A stretch of DNA of 64,000 nt, from positions 10,726,001 through 10,790,000 of the forward strand of contig CP075492.1 of NCBI GenBank assembly GCA_021613535.1, given 5' to 3'. The notes under the pieces are model-generated. The model ran no database searches. It saw only the letters and a program-made list of their open reading frames with translations, and was not told where the DNA came from. Shown here one piece after another: positions 14,091 through 23,973 of the stretch. Numbering within the stretch: position 1 is the stretch's first letter; each line of letters begins with the position of its first letter. The position numbers were made by a program, and so were the translations under genes. The DNA comes from Adineta vaga. Its lineage: Eukaryota; Animalia; Rotifera.

Positions 14091-16646
14091 ATGGATGTCA
14101 ATCGCGATAGTAAGTACAGAAGTCATTCGATAAGATTAATGAATTATGTTTTTAGATTTTTATGATGTTTTACCACAAGTTTTAAATGATATCAATGATG
14201 CGGATTATGTAGCAATCGATGGTGAATTCTCCGGAATCTTAGGATTTGATAAAATGAATTATTTTGATACACCCGCTGAACGATATAAACGTCATTATGA
14301 TGTAAATTGATGAATGTTATTATTATTATCAGAAATTGTCTTTTATGATTATATTTTAGTGTGATAGACATTATATGATGGTTCAAGCAGGTCTTGCAAT
14401 GATTCGATGTACTAATCCAGCAGAACATCGATATACATTAAAAGCTTATAATTTTTATCTCTTTCCTGAAAATGAATCTGACGCATTTGATTTTCGATCA
14501 AAGGTAAATTCGAAAAAATATGTTTTTCATAGAGAACTATAGTTTGATATATTTTAGAGTTCATCATTGCAATTTCTAGCGGCGAATCGTTTTGATTTTG
14601 CTCAATTGTTTCTCAAAGGTAAATTTTATTTGAATTCAAACTAAAAAGATTGATTTGTTTTTATCATTTAGGAATTCCTTTTGTTTGCAAGACAAGTTTT
14701 TTAGAGAAACGACGAACTCAACCATTTTCAATACCTCGTCGTAGTAATCGTCAGATACCGAATGGTAATACAAATGAAAAGTAAATAGATTTTCTTTAAT
14801 TAAAATCATAATTCATTTAATTTCAAGGAAATTTGAAACAAAAACAGATTCTTCAAAACAATCTGATATTGACAATATGTCAGATGCTGAATTGTTAAGT
14901 AAATCAATGACTGGATTTTCAGAAGTTATTTGGTATGTTTTAAAGTGATTTTTATTGATTACTATCTCATATTTTGAATCTATTTAGGAAATTACAAGAA
15001 TCTGTAAGTAATATAGATCTATTTCATTGTGCAAAAATACAATCTGAATGAATTTATTAAGGGAAAACCTGTGATTGGACATAATCTTCACATGGATATT
15101 CTACATATCATCAATCAATTTTTCACGCCAATACCTTCCGTATGTTTATCTTAAATTTCTTCTGTTCATCATCATCTTTTTTTATTCTAGTCATATGAAG
15201 ACTATAAATCCATTGTCAAATCATTATTTCCTAAGTAAATAGTTTGAATAATTTACATCAGAAATCATTTTCTTTCATTATTTCAAGATTGATCGATACA
15301 AAAACTATTGCGTCATCATCAATTTTTCAAGTAGAATCATTTTAGATCACTGAAAATATATCGACTTTTCTTTTATAGAATATTATTTCAAATACTGCAC
15401 TAAATGCTGTTTATAAAACGATTCGTGAAACATCTTTTCCAGCATGTCGTTTTGGTAATTACATATATACTTACTCGGAAAACGAGTTCATTTTCTTCTT
15501 CTTCTTCTTCTATAGAAACACCTGAAAATTTCAAGTATGGTTCAGGCGAACATGAACATACAGCTGGGTATGATGCAATGTGTACTGCAATTTGTATGGC
15601 TAAAATGATGGCTTTTATCGGTAGGGAATATTTTGAATTAATAAATGATGTTTGATGTAAAATTATGTATTTTAGTTGAAAAAACAGAATTCAAAGAAAA
15701 TCCTATTGAACATGTATTGATTAGTAAATTTAGTGGAAAGTAAGTTGAATTTCTTAAAATATCGTTCGTGAAAAGTATTTATATTCTTTAAGATTATTTT
15801 ACATGCGTTCGTTTGATTTGAAATATTCTGATCTTCTCAATGATGATGGTTAGTAAAAGATCTTTTGATAGTTTTGATTATATTTTGTATGAATTTCAAA
15901 GATTTACCTGATCGTTCATGTGTTTTTTATGTAACACATCCTGAATCATGTTCAACAGGAAATATCAAAGAATTCTTTTCACAATGGAATCTTCTCTCAT
16001 ATGATCGTTTCGATTTAACAACACATATCGTTGGAATATCAATGAAGAAAGATACTATAGACACAAGTAAATTATCATTTTTCTCATAGACTATTGAGGA
16101 ATATCTTTCAAAAAAGGACGATTCTTGATTGATTTTAAATAAATTCATATTGAATTGCACCATAAAGAATAGTATTTGCTAGTTATATTCTTGAATATTG
16201 GAGAGTACAAATGTGAGTTTTGTACAATATAAAATAATGATGTATATTTAGTGTTAACAAAAATGCGAGCGAATGATAAGAATTTTGCCATTATTCCATA
16301 TGCAGAATTTCATCGGTTAGATACTTCAACAATAAAAATCAAAGAGCCCGATCATCTTTTTGATGTTGATCCAGCAAATAGAAGATCAAATAAACGAGTA
16401 TATGTTGACAAAGATGCCATGGAATCAACTCAAGATATTGCAGTAACTGTAAGTGAAAATTAAGTTGTCGAAAACGAAATAAAATATCTATGTTGTTTCT
16501 CTTAGCCAATGGAGATGACATCTGATATGATACAAAAATCTTCACAAGTAACGAAAAGTCCAACAATTGAACAATTAATTGAACAAAAAGAAAAGGCAAA
16601 AGGGGTGAAAAGACCGAAATTGTTTGATTATGATGATGAATGGTAA
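14091..16646 (+). CDS. PARN: PARN-like CAF1-family DEDDh 3'-5' exoribonuclease, many small exons
   Basis: Spliced reading MDVNRDNFYDVLPQVLNDINDADYVAIDGEFSG..., GKPVIGHN, LIDTK, EHTAGYDA, degenerate RRM, PARN-like C-terminus KLFDYDDEW*. Splice phases checked consistent for the first 12 exons. Confidence 0.85.
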
Positions 16647-17085
16647 AAGATAATATATGTAATCTTGTTTTCGTATTTTGTGTATTTTCATTAAATAAAA
16701 AACTTGATTGTGTTTAATAATATAGATGGCAAAAGAAATGCAGAAAAATCATCGTTAATGTCTTAAAAATCTAACGAATACATTTAATAATGACATCTAT
16801 ATCACATCCATCGAATTATGTGAAAGAATGTTTGTTGTTGAGGATTAATAGTTGCATTTCAAAAAAATATGGTCGCGAGAAGCGATGAAAAACAGAACAC
16901 TTTTCGGGGATTTTTGTGTTTTCAAATCACTAACAACAGTACTCGACGCTGCGCAGAAAATTTTTCTTTGAAAGACTTGAATACACAATCCCTCTTTTCT
17001 CACTTCTTGTTTTTGTGCAGGTATTTCTATTACAAATTTTGTGTTACAAAAAGATCTAACAGAAATATAATCACCCGCAGTTAAT

Positions 17086-19235
17086 ATGAGTGAACCAAAA
17101 CCGCGTATCACACCTACCAAAACATCAACGGAACGACACGTCTTGCTCACAATTATTCACTTCTATGGGTCGATGCAAATATCGATGAAAACAACAACGA
17201 TTGTCAAAACACTTTGACACGTTTACGAGCTGTTGTCAACGATGTCAACTTATGCACACAACCAACAGACTGTATCCAGTTTCTCAACACCATCGGAGAT
17301 GAAAAAGCATTTGTCATTACTTCAGGATCTCTCGGTCAACATCTTGTTCCCGACATCCATGACATACCCAAGTTGAATAGTATCTATATCTTTTGTGGTG
17401 ACAAATCTCGACATGAACAATGGACGAAACAATGGATCAAAATCAAGGGCGTACATACCGATATTAAGGACATCTGCGATGCACTCCAAATGGATGTCAA
17501 ACAATACAATCAAGATTCGATTTCGATCAGTTTTGTTGGCCCCAGTGAAGCAACTAACAGCGAAAACTTGAATCAATTGGATCCAACATTTATGTATACT
17601 CAAATATTCAAAGACATTCTCCTCGAAATGAAACATGATCAAAAGGCTATCCAAGATTTAACAGAGCATTGTCGTGCTTTGTACATTGGAAATAAACATG
17701 AATTAGGTATTATCAAGGAGTTTGAACGCACTTATCGCACAGAACAAGCGATTTGGTGGTACACACGTCAATGCTTTACTTTTCAGATGCTTAATCGAGC
17801 CCTTCGAAATCTTGAATCAGATACAATCATCAAAATGGGCTTTTTCATGTGTGATCTGCACAAAAAAATTGTCGAATTACATCAACAACAGATCGATAGT
17901 TATGGCAAAGACTCCTTTCTAGTGTATCGAGGACAAGGTCTTTCAAACACAGATTTCGAGAAATTGATGAAAGTCAAAAATGGTCTGCTATCGTTCAACA
18001 ACTTTCTTTCCACCAGTAAAAAGCAAGAAGTATCTCTAGCATTTGCTAAAGGTTCATTAACTAATCCAAATATGGTTGGCATACTTTTTGTTATGTCGAT
18101 TGATCCTCGAGTCACAATAGTGCCATTCGCTTGTGTTGATACAGTTAGCTATTTCCAAACAGAAGCAGAAGTTCTATTCTCTATGCACACAGTATTCCGA
18201 GTGCATTCAATCAAACAATTGCAGAACAATAGCAGATTGTATGAAGTAGAACTTCAACTTACGGGTGATGATGATGAACAACTTCAGATACTCACTCAAC
18301 GTATTCGAACGGAGGCTGCCGGTGACACAGGGTTGAAACGACTGGGTAATTTATTACTCAAAATAGGTCATTTTAATCAGGCTGAAGAACTTTACAAAGC
18401 GCTGCTTGATCAGACATCTGACATGAATGACAAACAGCATTACTATCATCAACTTGGATGTGTCTATAATGATCAAGGTGATTATAAAAAAGCTATTGAA
18501 TACTACGACAAGGCACTTGAAATTGAACAAAAAACTCTTCCTTCTAATCATCCTTCATTGGCTACTTCTTACAGTAACATCGGATTGGTGTATAGCAACA
18601 TGGGAGAGTATTCGAAAGCACTTTCATACTACGACAAGGCACTTGAAATTGAACAAAAAACTCTTCCTTCTAATCATCCTGATTTGGCTACTTCTTACAA
18701 TAACATCGGATCGGTGTATAGCAAGATGGGAGAGTATTCGAAAGCACTTTCATACTACGACAAGGCACTTGAAATTCGAGAAAAATCTCTTCCTTCTAAT
18801 CATCCTTCATTGGCTACTTCTTACAGTAACATCGGATTGGTGTATAGCAACATGGGAGAGTATTCGAAAGCACTTTCATACTACGACAAGGCACTTGAAA
18901 TTCGAGAAAAATCTCTTCCTTCTAATCATCCTGATTTGGCTACTTCTTACAATAACATCGGATTGGTGTATAGCAACATGGGAGAGTATTCGAAAGCACT
19001 TTCATACTACGACAAGGCACTTGAAATTCGAGAAAAATCTCTTCCTTCTAATCATCCTTCATTGGCTACTTCTTACAGTAACATCGGATTGGTGTATAGC
19101 AAGATGGGAGAGTATTCGAAAGCACTTTCATATTTCGAACGAGCTCTTCATATTATGGAGAGTGCACTACCTGCTAATCATCCTCATATCAAAATCGTGA
19201 AAGGACATATCGAAGTTGTCAAACATAAACTCTAA
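17086..19235 (+). CDS. Receiver-like domain + ADP-ribosyltransferase (R-S-ExE) + TPR array protein, intronless CDS; apparent 1-bp deletion near 17137
   Basis: N-terminal NYSLLWVDANID...FVITSGSLG...SIYIFC; ART motifs WWYT..LNRALR, VYRG (17922), FLSTS (18003), EAEVLF (18162); 42-aa TPR-like repeats. ATG 17086 is out of frame with the long ORF by one base. Confidence 0.85.
18501..19130 (+). repeat. Five near-identical 126-bp tandem units encoding 42-aa TPR repeats
   Basis: TACTACGACAAGGCACTTGAAATT recurs at 18501, 18627, 18753, 18879 and 19005. Confidence 0.97.
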
Positions 19236-20108
19236 ATTTCACTAGCTGAATAAAGTATCTTTTACCACTTATTGCAAAACATGCCTACTCGAGCATATGA
19301 GTGCAAAGAAATGCTGAGTAATAGAAATACAAAAGATATGGTCGTTTCATAAGATAGTACACAGAGATGTTATTGAACTTCATAGACACGATAGTATTTT
19401 TATGATTTAAAAGTTCCCTCTATATAGCTGGCAAATAGAATGACCAGAAATGAACTTGAACTGGAAAATAAGGTGATTCTCAAAGTTACAGGTGAATGCT
19501 TTTTACATATTAATAGAGTATTACAGGATAAATAGATCAAGCTCTATTCGAAACAAAACTATAGTATGCTTATAATCGAAAGGTCGTAAAATGTATTTTC
19601 TTGTATCAATCGCATATGATCCTTTAATAATTTAGAGATAGACGCTGCAAACTGAAGGGACTTGTAGAGGAAATACTACTTCAAGTTTCAAAAATAGAAA
19701 ATCAAGTTGCATATTGAAATAGTGATAAATGTTATATTTGTATTTCTCATATGCACTTTGTAGAGTTCGTTTCTCAATTGTTACACATCTCTGACTCTGA
19801 GTCATGTAATCATAAATGTATGGGAAGAAATTCTCTGCCATGTGGATGGATTCGATATTTACAATTGATTAGATTGTCGTATAAGATACTGCAAATTTAG
19901 TCCATTAATTGAACTATGTACCTCAAAGAAAACAAAGCAGAAAGTGTATAAGTGAACTTTGCTTCGACATCACTTGTTTTGTTTTTATTTATAGCCTTAC
20001 TTTTTATTCGAATGGTTTATCACGTCTGTTCTTTTTCTTTTCGTTATATCTTCTGTTATCAGTATTCTAAACTATCTTGAGAGTTTACACTTTCATCATC
20101 GCTCTATT

Positions 20109-21029
20109 ATGACAAAACTGACTGTTGCTGTCTGTCAATGTGCTTGTCAACAATTTAATTTTGAGAAAACATTAGTTCATCTTCAAAACTTTAGCAAAGA
20201 AGCCAGTTCTAAAGGAGCACAACTTGCTTTATTTCCTGAAGCATTTATTGGTGGTTATCCTCGATATTCACAATTTGGCGCTGCCATTGGTCATCGTAGT
20301 GATGCTGGTCGTAAAGAATTTCTTGATTATTATCGAGCAGCAATATCACTTACAGATGGAACTGAAAAATCAAATGAAATACAACAAATAGAACACATAG
20401 CTCGTGATGAGAATCTTTTTCTTGTCATTGGTATTATTGAACGAGCAGGTGGAACTCTGTATTGTGGTGTTATTTATATTCATCCTGAACGTGGTCTTAT
20501 TCATTCACGAAGAAAATTGATGCCAACGGGAAGTGAACGACTTATTTGGGGTTTTGGTGACGTGAAAGATGTCAAAGCAGTTCCATTGAATAGAGACATA
20601 TCAATAGCGGCTGCAATTTGTTGGGAAAATTATATGCCTCTACTTCGATATCACATGTTTTCACAAAATATTCAAATCTATCTAGCACCCACAGCTGATG
20701 GACGAGATACATGGTTACCCAGTATGCAACACATTGCAATCGAAGGAAGAACTTATGTACTCAGTGCTAATCAATTCGTCCAAGTAAAGGATATGCCTGA
20801 TGGATATATATTACCAAAAGAATTATCTACTCCTAACAGTATATTAACCAATGGTGGAAGTGTTATTATTGATCCATTTGGCAAAATTCTTGCTGGTCCT
20901 CTATTTGGTGAAGAAGGTGTACTTGTTGCTGAAATTGATACAGATGAATGTATTAAAGGCAAAATGGATTTTGATGTTTGTGGACATTATGCACGTCAAG
21001 ATGCATTTACACTGATCGTCAAAGAATGA
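20109..21029 (+). CDS. Nitrilase (branch 1, carbon-nitrogen hydrolase), intronless, HGT candidate
   Basis: Catalytic E-K-C triad motifs FPEAFIGGYP, RRKLMPTGSERLIWGFGD, ICWENYMPLLR; C-terminal DFDVCGHYAR. Confidence 0.93.
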   Translation: MTKLTVAVCQCACQQFNFEKTLVHLQNFSKEASSKGAQLALFPEAFIGGYPRYSQFGAAIGHRSDAGRKEFLDYYRAAISLTDGTEKSNEIQQIEHIARDENLFLVIGIIERAGGTLYCGVIYIHPERGLIHSRRKLMPTGSERLIWGFGDVKDVKAVPLNRDISIAAAICWENYMPLLRYHMFSQNIQIYLAPTADGRDTWLPSMQHIAIEGRTYVLSANQFVQVKDMPDGYILPKELSTPNSILTNGGSVIIDPFGKILAGPLFGEEGVLVAEIDTDECIKGKMDFDVCGHYARQDAFTLIVKE

Positions 21030-21151
21030 CTCTAAACTTTTACTTTTAAGTTTTATCAATTAATTAGCGCCAATATAGATTATATCATAATTCTATCTTT
21101 TCTGTTTGATTTTTTGTTCAACATACAAACATATAGATTTACAAAGCACAA

Positions 21152-21828
21152 ATGACTGTATCAATATTAGATGAATATTGTCGATATTATTCAGATTTTA
21201 GTAACTAAATTATCCTTTTGTACAGAATTTCATAAGTTTGTTCTAATTTTCAGGTAAAATATTAGATATCTATGTAAAAAGTATCTATCCACAATTCCAT
21301 TTTGAATTTCAACAATTACTCGATGCTTCCTACAATATCTGGCATCGTTTAAGTGATAAAGATAAAGTTTCATTGGCAACATTTCTCGAAGAATTGAATC
21401 AAATAAATTCATCACCAAAAACAACAACATGTAATGCTATGATGAATCCAACTTCATTAGCTCTGAATACAAGTTCAAACATTACATCAACTCCAAAGAT
21501 AAGCAAAACAATTCTTACAAAACTTGTGTCAACATCACCATTTCAAATATATCTAAAAGATGAACGAAAGAAACTTATTCAGAGACATTCGAAACTGCCT
21601 ATGCGTGAGATTAACAAACGACTATCTAAACGTTGGCAAAAAATGTCCCATCGAATGAAATATAACTATGAATACCGTGCATATCTTTCAAAAAAACGTT
21701 TATATAAAAAACAAGGCAAATCAATTGAATTAAAAAAACCTTCCTTTATTAAACGAATGTCATCGAGAACAGTACAAAAACAAGTAATAAACTCATCACG
21801 AGGCAATCTTTTCGTTAGGAACAAATGA
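21152..21828 (+). CDS. HMG-box protein (one degenerate and one clear HMG box)
   Basis: ATG 21152; intron 21201-21253 joins in frame to SKILDIYVKSIYP...YNIWHRLSDKDK. Second box SPFQIYLKDERKKL...EINKRLSKRWQKMSHRMKYNY. Confidence 0.7.
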
Positions 21829-21890
21829 ATTATATTATTCGACATCTTTCGTTTTCTCAATGTCTTTTTCCTTGTATAAATAAACTAAAT

Positions 21891-23097
21891 TTATTGATTA
21901 GTAAAAAATGCATGTTGTAATAGTTGTTCAGCATTCGGACGACGGGCAGGATTGACTTGTAAACATTGTTTAAGTACATCACGTAAATTAGGATTTGCTG
22001 TTGGTGGAATTGCTGGCGTATGTTTTAATCGAGCTATATATGACATTTTATCATAATTATCTTGAACATGTTCGAATGGTCGATAGCCGAAGATCATTTC
22101 GAATAGAAGAACACCTAAGAAGTATGTACTATGTTTGATTTTCGGTAAAAAGAAAAGAGTGAAAATACGAACCAAGTGCCCATATATCTGATGCACGTCC
22201 TTGATGAGAATATTGACCATTTTGTATTTGACATACTTCAGGTGGCATATATTCAGGTGTACCTTTGAATATGTTAGAAGAATTTTACATTAGTAGAAAA
22301 ATTATTCAAATAGTTCCACCTGCAAATGGTCTTAGTACAGATGTTTGATTTTGTGGTAATCGAAATGAAAGACCTAAATCAATAATACGAAGGTGACCAC
22401 CTTGTGTCAATATGAAATTTTCTGGTTTAATATCTAAAAGAACAACAAAGATTCATATCGACAGTAAACTTTCATTCGTTACCTGAATGAACAATTCCAT
22501 TTCGATGAAGTAATGCAACTGCTTCAACCATTTGTTGCCAATAATATTTCGCTTGTGGAACACTCATTTTTTTCTCATTGGGTGGTGCTTGTAATGGTAA
22601 GAGGAAACGAAAATCATGTCCCGTTTCCATAACAATTTTACCCGTTTGAGATTTACTATCGAATTCATGATTATAAACTCGTATAACATACGGATTACGT
22701 GGTTGTAATTTCGTTAAATAACGAATTTCTTTGAAGAACATTTTCGAATGTCCATGACTATCGATTGAATCAAGATTTTGTACAACTTTAATAGCAACTG
22801 ATTGAGTTGTTCGAGGATCGTACGCAGCATAAACTCGACTATGGAGTCCTTCGCCTAATAAACGTACGATTGTATATGGTGTACCATTGACAAAAAGAGT
22901 TGTTGCATGTGATTTGGAATTAACTAATGGAGCTGATGGAGATGTTTGTAAAGGATGATTCCAATTCACTGGAGCTGGTAGCGCTAAAATGAAAAAAGTA
23001 TTGTTTAGTTTTATCTTTGAATAGAAAGAATCTTACTGGCATCACATGTTGGTTTGTAGTTGGCCGGAAACGGTCGAAATGCATAGGCGACTTTCAT
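21891..23097 (-). CDS. Mps1/TTK-like protein kinase, kinase domain only
   Basis: LFVNGTPYTIVRLLGEGLHSRVY, VAIK, YYWQQMVEAV..HRNGIVHSDIKPENF, IIDLG, GTPEYMPPE, SDIWALG. First exon MKVAYAF... splices in frame. Confidence 0.75.
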
Positions 23098-23973
23098 CGT
23101 TGGATAAGAGGTTCTTCTCTATGATATGATCATATACGATGAGAAAGACATATCAATGTATAATCAAATATAGTTTTGTCCTTCTCGTTTCTCATTTTCT
23201 CTTATCCACCTTCAAATACAAACGTTTGCGTCTTCCTTCTACTCTTTTGTTAACACTGTCTAAGGTTAGATATCAATTGGGCGACGATGAACTATTGTAT
23301 TCTGAACTGGATTCAAGGCCAAGGTTTCTTTTTTCTTTTCTCTTTTTTCTCACTAAATAATACCGTCACACGTCTTACCTCTAATACTCTAAAGAAAAAT
23401 CGACATGTCAAATAATATGTTGATTACCCATTTGAACAGCTTGTCGCCGTTATTCATTCAAAATATTGTTATCAACCATCCTCGCATACGAATATATCCT
23501 ATGCTTGTTACATGCTTGATTGATGTTTGTGTCGTGTATATATATATAGCTAGCAAATGCTGATCCAATGTTCGTCGTCTTCTCTCTCTCTCTTTCTTTT
23601 CTCTTTATTGCATTCAATTTACGTAAGATGAAAACGACAATATAACGCTGTGCGAACACTTCATGCATCATTTTCTCTTTTTTTTCTATATTCAGTATAT
23701 ACGTATGTATGTTGATAAAACTTGATTTCATACGATTGATAATCATTTTGACAAAAAATGAAAATCTTTTCATATTGACCTCACTACCTACTATGAATGG
23801 ATTATTTTCGAATTCTTCATCGCTCTTTATTTAATTATAGTTTGATGAAAAAAGAAAGCAGAAAAGTACATAAAAATATGTTATTAAATATGTCTATATG
23901 AATTCATTTTGATTGGATAAAAGAGAAAGTATAATCAGGTAGTGTGCGTCTATGTCATATCAAACTTTGTCTT

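Noticed and set aside
18501-19130. CRISPR-like appearance of regular repeats
   Set aside because: Contiguous coding tandem units with no unique spacers and no cas genes; eukaryotic context
18427-19200. 257-aa alternative-frame ORF overlapping the TPR array
   Set aside because: Shadow ORF: a stop-free 126-bp unit repeated five times stays open in a second frame; no independent coding signal
16867-19344. 9-bp direct repeat ATATGGTCG (16867, 19336) flanking the ART-TPR gene as a possible target-site duplication
   Set aside because: A 9-mer match between flanks of this size is plausible by chance; no terminal inverted repeats or clear poly-A tail
19630-19900. Possible decayed coding fragment (…LPCGWIRY…) between ART-TPR and nitrilase
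   Set aside because: Too short and degenerate to assign without a search
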